64,000 nt of DNA from an uncultured Candidatus Binatia bacterium (GCA_965215605.1 OZ244070.1:1952001-2016000); one strand, 5' to 3'; positions 39,978 to 50,221 are shown, counted from the stretch's first letter. Notes: generated from the sequence alone by a model not told the origin. Numbers and translations: made by a program.

Positions 39978-41087
39978 TTACGCCGCCCGCGACGACAGCC
40001 TGGCGTAGCGCTTGCGGTGTGAATCGGCGTTGCCATATTGGGCCGACAGCGACATGGCCCGGCGCAGGTACAGGCTTGCGTCGTATTCGTCGGTGAAGCC
40101 GATGGCGCCGTGCATCTGCACCATGGACTTGGTCACGGAGAGCACCGCGTCCGAGGCCCGCGCCTTGACCGCGGCCACCATGGCGCGGTTGCCGCGCCCC
40201 TCGTCCATGGCGACGCACACTTGGTAGAGCAGCGAGCGGGTGAGCTCGATGTCGACGTGGTCGTTGACGGCCCGGTGCTGCAGCGCCTGGAAGGAGCCTA
40301 TGGCCCGGCCGAACTGTTCGCGCGTTCCGAGATAGTCTACCGCCAGGGTCAGCCCCTGCTCCATGATGCCCAGCATTTCCGCGGAGGTTCCCAGAAGCAC
40401 CAGGTCCAGGGTCGCCGCCGCCAGCTCCGTGCCCTGGGCGCCGGACGCGACGACCCGGTCCGCCGGGACGGGGACATCCGCCAGCACCAGCGCCGCGTGC
40501 CCGGTGCCGTCCACGCGGGCGCGCCGCACGATTTCGAGCCCCGGGGCGTCGCGCGGCACCAGGCACACGACGGTGCCGTCCCCGCTCCGGGCGCCGACGA
40601 TGAAGCCGTCGGCCGCGGCCGCGCCGGGAACCGCGTCCTTACGCCCGCCAAGCGTGAAACCGTCACCGGCGGCGACGGCCTGGATACGTGCACCTTCGGG
40701 GTCCTCGGCCGCCGGGTCACTCAGCGCGGGAACGATGACGGCGCGGCCGGCCACCAACGCCTCCAGGGTTGCGTTCATGGCCGCGGGTCCCGCAGCCACG
40801 GCCCGCGCCGCCGCCATCACGGCCGCGACGGGCTCGGTCATGAGGCCGTGGCCCGCCGCTTCCAGCACCAGCGCCGCCTCGGTGGTCCCCAGGCCCAGGC
40901 CGTCGCGCTCTTCCGGCACCAGCAGCGAAAGCCAGCCGGCCTCCGCCACCTCCACGAGCCGCGCCCGGTCGAACCCGTGCTCGGTGGCACGCAGCTCACG
41001 GAACCGGCCCGGTCCCGCGTGCCGCTCGATGAGCTTGTCCGCGCTCTCCCGAAGAATCGTTTGTGCCTCATCAAGGACGAGTTCCAT
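39978..41087 (-). CDS. Acyl-CoA dehydrogenase (beta-subunit type)
   Basis: 'REQFGRAIGSFQALQH', 'QMHGAIGFTDE'. Confidence 0.88.
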   Translation of the reverse strand: MELVLDEAQTILRESADKLIERHAGPGRFRELRATEHGFDRARLVEVAEAGWLSLLVPEERDGLGLGTTEAALVLEAAGHGLMTEPVAAVMAAARAVAAGPAAMNATLEALVAGRAVIVPALSDPAAEDPEGARIQAVAAGDGFTLGGRKDAVPGAAAADGFIVGARSGDGTVVCLVPRDAPGLEIVRRARVDGTGHAALVLADVPVPADRVVASGAQGTELAAATLDLVLLGTSAEMLGIMEQGLTLAVDYLGTREQFGRAIGSFQALQHRAVNDHVDIELTRSLLYQVCVAMDEGRGNRAMVAAVKARASDAVLSVTKSMVQMHGAIGFTDEYDASLYLRRAMSLSAQYGNADSHRKRYARLSSRAA

Positions 41088-41150
41088 GCCTTTGCCTTTC
41101 TACGGCCAATACATCTCAATACATCGACCGATGACCCTTGCCCCGCCGCC

Positions 41151-41179
41151 CCTGGATTCCCGCTTCCGCGGGAATGACG
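41151..41179 (-). repeat. CGTC-type REP palindrome
   Basis: Reverse complement CGTCATTCCCGCGGAAGCGGGAATCCAGG; partial copy near 41235. Confidence 0.8.
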
Positions 41180-41270
41180 ATTCGGGGCGCTCGTGCCGGT
41201 TCTCGTTCGGGCGAGGTCTCGAAACAACCTGTTGCGCGGGAATGATCAATTCCAGCCTGGGGCGGACGAT

Positions 41271-43460
41271 TCAACCGCCTGCTCCCGGTCCCACCACCGC
41301 CAGCGCGTCCAGCGCCAGCGCTCCGGCGCCCTGGGGCAGCGCCAGGAACGGGTTGATGTCCAGGCTTTCGATGACGTCGCCGGCCGCGGCCGCGAGCCGG
41401 CCCAGGGCCACCAGCGCGTCGATGACGGCGTCGCGGTCGTAGGGGTCCTGGCCTCGGTATCCGTCCAGCAGCCTGCCGACGCGGGTGGCGTCGATGAGCC
41501 GGGCGGCGCCGTCCCGGCTGATTCCCGGGGGACCGACGGCCACGTCCTTCACCAGTTCCAGCCAGACGCCGCCGGCGCCGAACATCACCACCGGTCCCAT
41601 CTCGGGGTCCCGCTGCATGCCCAGCACCAGTTCCAGGCCGGCCGGCGCCATCCGTGCCACCAGCCAGCCGTCCAGGCGGATGTCCGGGTCGTGGGCGGCG
41701 ACGTTGCGCGCGATGTCGCGGCAGGCCCGCCGCACGGCCGCGGCGTCGCCGACGTGGATGCGCACCGCGCCGGCGTCGCTCTTGTGGGTGAGGTCCGCGG
41801 CCACCCCCTTGACCACCACCGGACAACCGATGCGTTCGGCCAGGTCGCAGGCTTCCTCCTCGGTGCGCGCCAGCCCTTCGTCGATCAAGGGCACGCCGAA
41901 GGCGTTCACCAGTGCTTTCGAGTCCGGCTCGGAAAGGGGGAAGGCAGTGGCGGCCTCCGCGGCCCGCCGTCGTAGCGCCTCCACGCGTGCCGTCAAGGCC
42001 TCCGGCAAGGCGGCGGGCGGCGCAACTTCCGCCTCGCGGCCGCGCCGCCGGTAGTCCTGGACCGCGCGGATGGCGCGGAACGCGCGCTCGGGCTCGTTCA
42101 GGCAGGGAACGTGGGGGAAGCGGCGCCGGGCGCTGCGGCTGAACTCCGTGAGGTCGTAGGACGCCGGCGAGATGAGCACGAAGGGTTTCTGTCCGGGTCC
42201 GAGGAAGCGCTGGTCGATGGCCTCGATGGTGGCCAGCACCCGCGCGGCGCGCCGGCGGTTGGCGTCGTTGATGCCTTCGTGGGGCGGCAGGTCCTCCTGG
42301 AACACCAGCATGTCCACGCCGGGGTCGTTGTAGACCGCGTCGACGACCTTGAGCGCGTCCTCCCTGGGGCGGTTGAGATAGCCGTCGGCGTCCAGGGGGT
42401 TGCTGATGGTCATGCCGTCGCCAAGGAGGTCGCGCAGGCGTGTCCGGGTCTCGGGGGCGAACTCGGGCAGCGGCACCCGGTGCCGGTCCGCGGCGTCTTC
42501 CGCGAGCCCGCGCACCCCGCCGGAGTAGACCAGGCAGCCCACGTTCTCACCGCGCGCCTCGCTGGCGTAGAGCAGCATCTCGATGACGTCCACGGCGCGG
42601 TCGGCGCTGTCCACGCGGATCACGCCCGCGGGGCCGGCCACCGCGTCAAAGGCTTCCACCCGGCCGGCCAGGGAGCCGGTGTGGGACAGGGCGGCCCGGC
42701 GCCCGCCCTCGGACACGCCCATCTTGAGCACCACCACCGGCTTGCCCGCGTCCCGCGCCGCGCGGCAGGCGGCGAGAAATTCCTCCGAGCGGCGCACCGC
42801 CTCCACCAGGCAGAAGATCAGGCGCACTTCCGGGTCGGTGACGAAATAGCGGATGTAGTCCGCGGTAATGAGCCCGGCCTCGTTGCCGCTGGTGATGACG
42901 TAGCTCACGTCGATGCCCCGGTCCATGAGCGTGCGTGCGATGCTGGGCGTGGTGGTGCCGCTCTGGCCCACCATGGCCACCGGGCCCGGCACCAGCTCCT
43001 GCACCCGGTCGTCGGGCAGGGTCAGCACCCGCGCGCGGGCCGACAGGTTGCCGAGACAGTTGGGACCGGAGATGGCGAGGCCGGTGTCCTCGATGGCCTC
43101 GCGCAGTTCCGCCTCGAGGGCGCGGCCGGCGTCGGTGCCGGCTTCCGAGAAGCCGGTGGCGTAGAGGGTGGCGCTGCGCGTCCCCATGGCCGCGGCCTCC
43201 CGCAGGATCCCCGGAACGCTGGCCGCCGCCCGCATGACCACGAGGTGGTCGGGCACCGTCGGGAGCGAGCGCAGGTCGGGGAAGCACTCCATCCCCCAGA
43301 TGCGCTCGTGGTTGGGGTTTACGGGATAGACCGGCCCGTCGAACTTGAAACGTATCAGGTTGGCGAAGATGCGCGCGGTCCATCCGGAGGGGTTTCCCCT
43401 CGCGCCCAGGATGGCGACGCTCGTGGGATTCAGCAGTGCGGCGACCTTGTCGTTGCTCAT
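41271..43460 (-). CDS. Acyl-CoA synthetase (NDP-forming), acetate-CoA ligase family
   Basis: 'YPVNP', 'GPNCLG', 'SGNEA', phospho-His 'SHTGSLAG', ATP-grasp 'HKSDAGAV'. Confidence 0.9.
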   Translation of the reverse strand: MSNDKVAALLNPTSVAILGARGNPSGWTARIFANLIRFKFDGPVYPVNPNHERIWGMECFPDLRSLPTVPDHLVVMRAAASVPGILREAAAMGTRSATLYATGFSEAGTDAGRALEAELREAIEDTGLAISGPNCLGNLSARARVLTLPDDRVQELVPGPVAMVGQSGTTTPSIARTLMDRGIDVSYVITSGNEAGLITADYIRYFVTDPEVRLIFCLVEAVRRSEEFLAACRAARDAGKPVVVLKMGVSEGGRRAALSHTGSLAGRVEAFDAVAGPAGVIRVDSADRAVDVIEMLLYASEARGENVGCLVYSGGVRGLAEDAADRHRVPLPEFAPETRTRLRDLLGDGMTISNPLDADGYLNRPREDALKVVDAVYNDPGVDMLVFQEDLPPHEGINDANRRRAARVLATIEAIDQRFLGPGQKPFVLISPASYDLTEFSRSARRRFPHVPCLNEPERAFRAIRAVQDYRRRGREAEVAPPAALPEALTARVEALRRRAAEAATAFPLSEPDSKALVNAFGVPLIDEGLARTEEEACDLAERIGCPVVVKGVAADLTHKSDAGAVRIHVGDAAAVRRACRDIARNVAAHDPDIRLDGWLVARMAPAGLELVLGMQRDPEMGPVVMFGAGGVWLELVKDVAVGPPGISRDGAARLIDATRVGRLLDGYRGQDPYDRDAVIDALVALGRLAAAAGDVIESLDINPFLALPQGAGALALDALAVVGPGAGG

Positions 43461-43540
43461 GAGACCGGAGGGCAGTATAGGTCAGGCCTCCCGGCCGTGG
43501 CAACTTTGCAACCGTTGCCGGCTCTGCTAGTGTCGGCGGC

Positions 43541-44701
43541 ATGAGCACCATCAGCTTCATCGCGGACACCCCGGAGGACGCGGCGTTTCGGCTGGAAGTG
43601 CGGAGCTGGCTGGAAGGGAACCTGCCGCGGGAACTCGTGGGCTGGTCCACCCGGCCGCCGCCGGAGATGATCCGGCCATGGCAGCGAAAGCTCTACGACC
43701 GGGGTTGGATCGCGCCCAACTGGCCGAAGCAGTACGGCGGCATGGAGGCGACCCTCAACCAGCAGTTGATCCTGCAGGAAGAGTTCGGCCGGGCCGAGGC
43801 GCCGGTGCTGTCGCGGCAGGCGGTGGGGCACGTCGGGCCGATCCTGATACACCACGGCACCGAGGAACAGAAGGCCGAGCACCTGCCCAAGATGCTCTCC
43901 GGCGAGGTGCTGTGGGCCCAGGGGTATTCCGAGCCGGGTTCGGGTTCCGATCTGGCGAGCCTGCGCACCCGCGGCGAGATCGACGGTGACCACCTGGTCA
44001 TCAACGGCCACAAGATCTGGACCACCGGCGGCCACTACGCCGACTGGATGTATGCGCTCATCCGCACCGACCCGGACGCGCCGCGCAAGCAGTTGGGCAT
44101 CTCCATGGTGCTGATCGACTTGAGGACGCCGGGCATCACCATCCGCCCCATCAGGACCCTGGCGGACGACGAGGAGTTCGCCGAGGAGTTCTTCGACAAC
44201 GTGCGCGTACCCCTCTCCAACGTGGTGGGGAAGCTCAACGACGGCTGGCGCGTGGCCAAGGCGCTGCTGGACTCGGAACGCCTCGGCAATGCCAACCCGC
44301 AACTGGCGCTGGACATGCTGGAGCGGGTGCGCAAGGTGGCGCGGGCCACCGGCGCCTTCGACGACCCGGGGTTCCAGGACCGGCTGACGCAGGCGGAACT
44401 GGATGTGCTGGCGCAGTCGGCCGTGTTCGGCCACGCGGTCCAGATGACCCGGGCCGGCAAGGAGATCGGCGCGGCCTCGTCGTTCATCAAGATCGTCTCC
44501 ACCGACATCGTGCAGCGCATCGCCGACCTCCTGCTGGACGCGGCCGGCGAGCACGCCGCCGATACCGGTCCGCTGGAGACGCCGGAGGGTCCGGTGGACG
44601 TGTCGGTGCTATGGCGCGAGGTCCGGCGCATCTCCATCTACGCCGGTACCAGCGAGATCCAGCGCAACGTCACCGCCAAGCGGGTACTGGGTCTTCCGTA
44701 G
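43541..44701 (+). CDS. Acyl-CoA dehydrogenase (alpha-subunit type)
   Basis: 'WAQGYSEPGSGSDLASL', 'NGHKIWT', 'IYAGTSEIQRN'. Confidence 0.92.
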   Translation: MSTISFIADTPEDAAFRLEVRSWLEGNLPRELVGWSTRPPPEMIRPWQRKLYDRGWIAPNWPKQYGGMEATLNQQLILQEEFGRAEAPVLSRQAVGHVGPILIHHGTEEQKAEHLPKMLSGEVLWAQGYSEPGSGSDLASLRTRGEIDGDHLVINGHKIWTTGGHYADWMYALIRTDPDAPRKQLGISMVLIDLRTPGITIRPIRTLADDEEFAEEFFDNVRVPLSNVVGKLNDGWRVAKALLDSERLGNANPQLALDMLERVRKVARATGAFDDPGFQDRLTQAELDVLAQSAVFGHAVQMTRAGKEIGAASSFIKIVSTDIVQRIADLLLDAAGEHAADTGPLETPEGPVDVSVLWREVRRISIYAGTSEIQRNVTAKRVLGLP

Positions 44702-44744
44702 CAAAACGGGTTTCAAGCCCGCCGTGCCCGCATCGAGAGGCGCC

Positions 44745-45506
44745 ATGCCCGAGCTCCAGGACGTCCTGCTCTACATCCATGCGCTGGAGCCCCGGGTCGT
44801 GGGCGCGACCCTCGATAAGGTCCGCCTCGCGAGCCCGTTCCTGGTCCGGTCCGTGGACCCGCCCGTGGACCAAGCGGAAAACCGCAAGATCCTGGGCCTG
44901 CGCCGGCTGGGCAAGCGCATCGTGTTCGAGCTGGAGGACGATCTCTTCCTGGTTTTCCATCTGATGATCGCCGGGCGGTTCCGCTGGCGCCCTCCGGGGG
45001 CGCGCATCCCCGGCAAGCTCGGCCTGGCCGCCTTCGACCTCTCCTCGGGCACCCTGGTCCTCACCGAGGCCGCCTCCATGAAGCGTGCGTCGTTGCATCT
45101 GGTACGTGGCGCCGCGGGGCTGCGGGAGCATGATCCCGGCGGCATCGAGGTGCTGGAATGCGGCCTGGAAGAGTTCCGGCGGGCGCTGCGGAGCGAGAAC
45201 CAAACGCTCAAGCGGTCCCTCACCGACCCGCGCCTGTTCAGCGGCATCGGCAACGCCTACTCCGACGAGATCCTGCACCGTGCCCGTCTGTCGCCCATGA
45301 AGCAGACGCGCGGTCTCGACGAAACGGAGACCGAAGCCCTCCACGCCGCCGTGCGGGAGGTGTTGCAGGACTGGTGCCGCAGACTCCGGGAGGGGGCCGG
45401 CGCCGGCTTCCCCGACAAGGTCACGGCGTTCCGTCCGGGCATGGCCGTGCACGGCCGCTACCGCGAGCCGTGTCCCGACTGCGGCGCCCGCGTGCAGCAG
45501 ATCCGT
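44745..45506 (+). pseudogene. Fpg/Nei-family DNA glycosylase, 3'-truncated
   Basis: 'MPELQ', 'GKRI', 'HLMIAG', H2TH 'SGIGNAYSDEIL', first zinc-finger pair 'CPDC'; homology ends at the trmJ stop and the frame runs on antisense to 46316. Confidence 0.7.
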
Positions 45507-46286
45507 TTACCGCAATTTGATACCCCGCTGTCGCTTTTCTTCGGCGACCTCCCAGCCACCCCGCGTGTACCACTCCACCTGCCGGAACAGTCCGCTCAGG
45601 ATCTTCACGTCCCGCTCCTCGAGGCCGGCGCGGCCGAGCACGCGGCGCAATGCCAGGAGGATGTGTTCGGGGTTCTGGGGGTCCAGGAAGCCCACCTTGA
45701 GGAGGGTCTCCTTCATGCGGTCGAACAGGGCTTCCACCGCCTCCGCCGGCGCGCGCTTGATGCGCTCTTCCCGTGGCGGGCCGAGGACGGCGGCCAGGTA
45801 GATCTCGTAGAGACACACCATCACGGCCTGAGCCAGGTTCAGCGACGGCTGGTCCGGATGGCTCGGGATGGTGACGAGGCGCTGGCAGTGCTTGAGGTCG
45901 GCGTTGCTGAGGCCGTGGTCTTCGGGGCCGAAAATGAGCGCCGCCGGCCTGGCGTCTTCGGGCCGCACGGCCGCCGCCAGGTCTTGCGCCGCCTCCCGCG
46001 GCAGTTCGACGTGGTCGCGGTACAGGCCCTTGCGGCAGGTGGTGCCCACCACGAGGCCGCAGTCCGCGACGGCGTCGCGTATGGTTTCGAATCGGTGGGC
46101 GCCGTCCAGGATGTCGCGGGCATGCACGGCCATGGATCGGGCCGACAGGCTGTCGGTGCGACCACCGCCCACCAGCGCCAGGTCCCGGAGGCCGGTGTTT
46201 TTCATGGCCCGGGCCACGGAGCCGATGTTGCCGGACCCCTTGGGCCGCACCAGCACCACGCGAATCTTCTGGAGCGTTTCAGTCAC
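45507..46286 (-). CDS. trmJ: TrmJ/LasT-family tRNA methyltransferase
   Basis: 'VVLVRPKGSGNIGSVARAMKN', 'FGPEDHGLSN', 'SLNLAQAV'. Confidence 0.88.
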   Translation of the reverse strand: MTETLQKIRVVLVRPKGSGNIGSVARAMKNTGLRDLALVGGGRTDSLSARSMAVHARDILDGAHRFETIRDAVADCGLVVGTTCRKGLYRDHVELPREAAQDLAAAVRPEDARPAALIFGPEDHGLSNADLKHCQRLVTIPSHPDQPSLNLAQAVMVCLYEIYLAAVLGPPREERIKRAPAEAVEALFDRMKETLLKVGFLDPQNPEHILLALRRVLGRAGLEERDVKILSGLFRQVEWYTRGGWEVAEEKRQRGIKLR

Positions 46287-46329
46287 GGTGGAATCAGCCG
46301 CGAGCGGGCGCGGTAACGAATCGGCCCGG

Positions 46330-47076
46330 TCAGGAGCCTTTGGATCTGGCCCGGGCGATGAGCGCCGTAAGCTGTTCGATGGGGATGGCGCCCCGGACAA
46401 TCTCATCCCCGACGACCACCGTGGGAGTGCCGTCGATGGCCAGAGCTTCGGCAAGCCGGTGGTTGTTGTCGATGACGTCAAGCACCTTGGGCTTCTCCAT
46501 GTCTCTTTTCAGCCGGCCGGTGTCCAGGCCGACGGAGTCCGCCACCTTCATGAGCACCTCTTCGGTCAACGTCCCGCGGACCTTCATCAAGGCATCGTGG
46601 AACTCCAGATAGTAACCCTGGTTCCGTGCCGCCAGCGCCGCCTGAGCCGCCCGGAACGAGTCCTCGCCCAGCACCGGGAACTCCTTGTAGACCACCCGGA
46701 GCTTCGGGTCCTGCTTGGTGATGCTCGCCAGGGTCGGCGCGAACTGCTTGCAGTAGCCGCAGCGGTAGTCGAAGAACTCCACCAGGGTCACGTCGCCGTC
46801 GGGATTGCCGCCCACGAAGGAGTCCGGGTCCGCAAGGAGAGCTTTCGCGTGTTGCCTGACGGCCGTCCGGTCGCGCTCCGCTTGCCGTCGCTGCTGCTTC
46901 GCCCGGTGTCGCTGAACGGCCTCGAAGATCACTTCCGGGTTCTCGAGGAGATACTCGCGGACGATCTTCTCGATGTCCTCCACCGAGCGTTGCGCCGAGG
47001 CCTGTTGGGCCCCGGCCATGGCGGCCAAACCGAGAAACAGCAGCAATGCCGCGATGCGGAGCATTTGGCGTGGCAT
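46330..47076 (-). CDS. DsbA-family thiol-disulfide oxidoreductase (Com1/ScsC-like)
   Basis: Signal peptide, 'VREYLLENPEV', 'EFFDYRCGYC', 'GTPT'. Confidence 0.9.
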   Translation of the reverse strand: MPRQMLRIAALLLFLGLAAMAGAQQASAQRSVEDIEKIVREYLLENPEVIFEAVQRHRAKQQRRQAERDRTAVRQHAKALLADPDSFVGGNPDGDVTLVEFFDYRCGYCKQFAPTLASITKQDPKLRVVYKEFPVLGEDSFRAAQAALAARNQGYYLEFHDALMKVRGTLTEEVLMKVADSVGLDTGRLKRDMEKPKVLDVIDNNHRLAEALAIDGTPTVVVGDEIVRGAIPIEQLTALIARARSKGS

Positions 47077-47198
47077 GGGCGTCCTTCCTTGAATGACGGA
47101 AACAAGCCTGAAACGGATCGGCTCAGTCTACAGGACATCCCCGTGCCCTGCCAGCGGCCAGGGCACGGGAGGCCGCAATTCAGGGTGGGAGCCCGCCC

Positions 47199-47240
47199 TT
47201 GAAACTCTCATTAAGATTCCATAATACTGGAAATATGGAA
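47199..47240 (+). promoter_or_regulatory. Putative ars promoter and ArsR operator
   Basis: TTGAAA at 47199; inverted repeat TTCCA-TAATAC-TGGAA just before ATG 47235. Confidence 0.55.
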
Positions 47241-47612
47241 CATAAGGACGCGGTGGGCGCGCTGGCCGCGCTCGCGCAGGACACACGGCTGGATATCTTC
47301 CGCCTGCTGGTGGAGGTGGGGCCGGAGGGGCTGCCCGCCGGCCAGATCGGGAAGCGGCTCGGGCTGCCGCTGGCCACCCTGTCGTTTCACCTCAATACGC
47401 TGAAGCAGGCCGGGCTGGTGGAGTTCAGGCGGGAGTCGCGCTCGCTGATCTACCGGTCCAACTTCGCAACCATGACCGAGTTGCTCGGCTATCTCACGGA
47501 GAACTGTTGCGGCGGTAACCCGGAGGCGTGCGGCGTACCGGTCTGTGAGCCTTCCCGGGACGATCCATGGAACAACCCGAAACCAACCCGAAAGACTTCC
47601 CGCGTCGCCTGA
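47235..47612 (+). CDS. arsR: ArsR-family arsenic-responsive repressor
   Basis: 'ALAQDTRLDIFRLLV', 'TLSFHL', C-terminal 'ENCCGG..C'. Confidence 0.9.
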   Translation: MEHKDAVGALAALAQDTRLDIFRLLVEVGPEGLPAGQIGKRLGLPLATLSFHLNTLKQAGLVEFRRESRSLIYRSNFATMTELLGYLTENCCGGNPEACGVPVCEPSRDDPWNNPKPTRKTSRVA

Positions 47613-48304
47613 CCGCCGAGGCCGTCGGCACGGCGTTCCTGCTGGCCGCGGTGGTGGGCTCGGGCATCATGGGGGAGCGGCTGGCCGGCGGCAACGTGGC
47701 GGTGGCGCTGCTCGCCAACACCGTGTCCACCGGCGCGGCGCTGACGGTGCTGATCCTGACCTTCGGACCCATCTCCGGCGCCCACTTCAACCCGGCGGTG
47801 ACGGTGGCCGAGGGTTTCCTGGGCGGGCTGGCGTGGCGTGACGTCCCCGGCTACGTGGCCGCGCAGATCATCGGCGCCGTCGCCGGCGTCATCGTCGCCA
47901 ACCTGATGTTCGACGAGCCCGCGGTGTTCTTCTCGCAGAAGCATCGTGTCGGGGCGGGGCAATGGCTCGGCGAGTTCGTCGCCACCTTCGGGCTGCTGTC
48001 GGTGATCCAGGGCTGCGTCAGGCTCCGGAGCCCGGCGGTGCCGTTCGCCGTGGGCGGCTACATCACGGCGGCCTACTGGTTCACGTCCTCCACGTCGTTC
48101 GCCAATCCGGCGGTGACCATCGCCCGCACCCTCTCGGACACCTTCGCGGGGATCTACCCGATGCATGCGCCGGCGTTCATCGTCATGCAGTTCATCGGCG
48201 CCGGCGCGGCCACGGCGTTGTTCTGGTGGCTGGTGCCGCCACCGCGGCCGGCCTTGTCCGAAAGGCCCGCAAGAACCCCCCAACCGTTGAGGAGGTCCGT
48301 ATGA
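47567..48304 (+). CDS. MIP/aquaporin (AqpS-like arsenite channel)
   Basis: 'SGAHFNPAVT', 'STSFANPAVT'; lies between arsR and arsC. Confidence 0.88.
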   Translation: MEQPETNPKDFPRRLTAEAVGTAFLLAAVVGSGIMGERLAGGNVAVALLANTVSTGAALTVLILTFGPISGAHFNPAVTVAEGFLGGLAWRDVPGYVAAQIIGAVAGVIVANLMFDEPAVFFSQKHRVGAGQWLGEFVATFGLLSVIQGCVRLRSPAVPFAVGGYITAAYWFTSSTSFANPAVTIARTLSDTFAGIYPMHAPAFIVMQFIGAGAATALFWWLVPPPRPALSERPARTPQPLRRSV

Positions 48305-48846
48305 GTGAAGACAAACCGAGCAACGGGAAACTGTTCAACGTGCTGTTCCTGTGCACCGGGAACTCCGCCCGCAGCGTCATGGGCGAGTGCATCCTGAACC
48401 GCCTGGGGCGGGGGCGGTTCCGGGCGTTCAGCGCGGGGAGCCACCCCAAGGGCGAGATCAACCCGCACACCATCGAGACGCTGAAGAAGCTCAACTACTT
48501 GACCGACGATCTCCGTTCCAAGAGCTGGGACGAGTTCGCGGCCCCCGGCGCTCCCGAGCTGCAGTTCGTCTTCACGGTCTGCGATCAGGCGGCGCAGGAG
48601 GTCTGTCCGCTCTGGCCGGGCCAGCCGATGTCCGCCCACTGGGGCATTCCCGACCCGGCGGCGGTGGAAGGCAACGAGGCCGAGCAAAGCATCGCTTTCG
48701 CGGATGCCTACCGCATGCTTTTCAACCGCATCTCGATCTTCGTGAACCTGCCCCTGACCTCTCTCGACCGGCTGTCGCTGCAGCGGCGTCTGGACGAAAT
48801 CGGCGAGGAAGGCAAGCCGCGGAGCGCCGCCGCGCCCTCGGCGTAA
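48301..48846 (+). CDS. arsC: Arsenate reductase, LMW-PTP family
   Basis: 'LFLCTGNSARS', 'TVCD', 'CP.WPG', 'HWGIPDPA'. Confidence 0.92.
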   Translation: MSEDKPSNGKLFNVLFLCTGNSARSVMGECILNRLGRGRFRAFSAGSHPKGEINPHTIETLKKLNYLTDDLRSKSWDEFAAPGAPELQFVFTVCDQAAQEVCPLWPGQPMSAHWGIPDPAAVEGNEAEQSIAFADAYRMLFNRISIFVNLPLTSLDRLSLQRRLDEIGEEGKPRSAAAPSA

Positions 48847-48907
48847 CGGGCGCGCTCCGGGTCACTTCGCTTTCCCGCCTCTTCCGGGGCCCTCGCGCCC
48901 CGGTCCC

Positions 48908-48969
48908 CTGTAACAGACTCGTAACAATCGTTTAATTCCGCTGTGATGTAGCCGTCATACAGTGATAAT
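48908..48969 (+). promoter_or_regulatory. Tandem Pho boxes upstream of pstS
   Basis: 11-bp-phased heptamers CTGTAAC, TCGTAAC, GTTTAAT, CTGTGAT, CCGTCAT, TGATAAT (consensus CTGTCAT). Confidence 0.75.
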
Positions 48970-49067
48970 CGCCGTCGGATAGATTCCTGCCAACACTGGC
49001 GCGGTCATGGGACCCTTCGGTCGGTGATCGGGCTGCGACAAAGGTTCAACCAAAGGAGGGTTTCCCC

Positions 49068-50111
49068 ATGTACCGGAAAGCCATGTTGACGGCGGCGGCC
49101 GTTGCACTGGCCGTGGCGGGTCTCGCGACCTCGGCGGCGGCGCAGCAGCGCGACTACATCCAGATCGTGGGATCGTCCACGGTCTATCCGTTTACCACCG
49201 TGGTGGCCGAGCAGTTCGGCAAGACCACCAAGTTCAAGACCCCCAAGGTCGAGTCTACCGGCTCCGGCGGCGGCCTCAAGCTCTTCTGCGCCGGCGTCGG
49301 CGTCGAGCACCCCGACCTGACCAACTCCTCGCGGCGCATCAAGAAGACCGAAGTCGAGCGTTGCGGCAAGAACGGCGTCAAGGAAATCGTCGAGCTGAAG
49401 GTGGGCTACGACGGCATCGCGGTGGCCAACTCGAAGAAGAGCAAGGCGCTGAGCCTCACGCCGCGCGACCTCTTCCTCGCCCTGGCCAAGGACGTGCCGG
49501 CCAACGCCGACGGCAGCAAGCGCCAGGCCAACCCCCACAAGACCTGGAAGGACGTCAACCCCAAGCTTCCGGCCCTGAAGATCGAGGTGTTGGGCCCTCC
49601 GCCCACCTCCGGCACCCGGGACGCCTTCGTCGAGCTGGTGATGGACGCGGGCTGCAAGGAGTTCGCCGCCATCAAGAAGATGTCCAAGAAGCCCAGACGG
49701 GCCGCTTGCCGCACCATGCGTGAGGACGGCGCCTTCGTCGAGGCCGGAGAGAACGACAACCTGATCGTGCAGAAGCTGGACGCCAACCCCGACGCCTTCG
49801 GGATCTTCGGCTTCAGCTTTCTCGACCAGAACACGGACAAGCTCCAGGGCGCGTCCATCAACGGCGTCAAGCCCGAGTTCGAGACCATCGCCGACGGCAG
49901 CTATCCGGTCTCGCGTCCGCTCTACGTCTACATCAAGAAGGCCCATCTGGACGTGATCTCCGGCATGCGCGAGTTCCTGGTCGAGTACACCAGCGAAAAG
50001 GCCTGGGGCGAAGACGGCTATCTCTCCGACAAGGGACTGATCCCGATGCCCGAGCAAGAGCGCCGGCAGTTCTCTTCGGACGTGAAGAACCTGAAGAACC
50101 TGGCTCTGTAA
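49068..50111 (+). CDS. pstS: Phosphate ABC transporter substrate-binding protein
   Basis: 'GSSTVYP', 'STGSGGG', 'SGTRD', 'YPVSRPL'; AGGAGG RBS. Confidence 0.93.
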   Translation: MYRKAMLTAAAVALAVAGLATSAAAQQRDYIQIVGSSTVYPFTTVVAEQFGKTTKFKTPKVESTGSGGGLKLFCAGVGVEHPDLTNSSRRIKKTEVERCGKNGVKEIVELKVGYDGIAVANSKKSKALSLTPRDLFLALAKDVPANADGSKRQANPHKTWKDVNPKLPALKIEVLGPPPTSGTRDAFVELVMDAGCKEFAAIKKMSKKPRRAACRTMREDGAFVEAGENDNLIVQKLDANPDAFGIFGFSFLDQNTDKLQGASINGVKPEFETIADGSYPVSRPLYVYIKKAHLDVISGMREFLVEYTSEKAWGEDGYLSDKGLIPMPEQERRQFSSDVKNLKNLAL

Positions 50112-50129
50112 CCGTTACCTTATCCGGGT

Positions 50130-50162
50130 CCGGCCGCGGCGAGAGTGATCCGCCGCGGCCGG
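50130..50162 (+). other. Strong intergenic hairpin between pstS and pstC (mRNA stabiliser or attenuator)
   Basis: 12-bp stem CCGGCCGCGGCG / CGCCGCGGCCGG, no U-tract. Confidence 0.45.
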
Positions 50163-50221
50163 GCTCCCAACCCGGCCGCCGTCGACGGCCGGCATGAACC
50201 GGCGAAGGTTCCCCTGACGCA

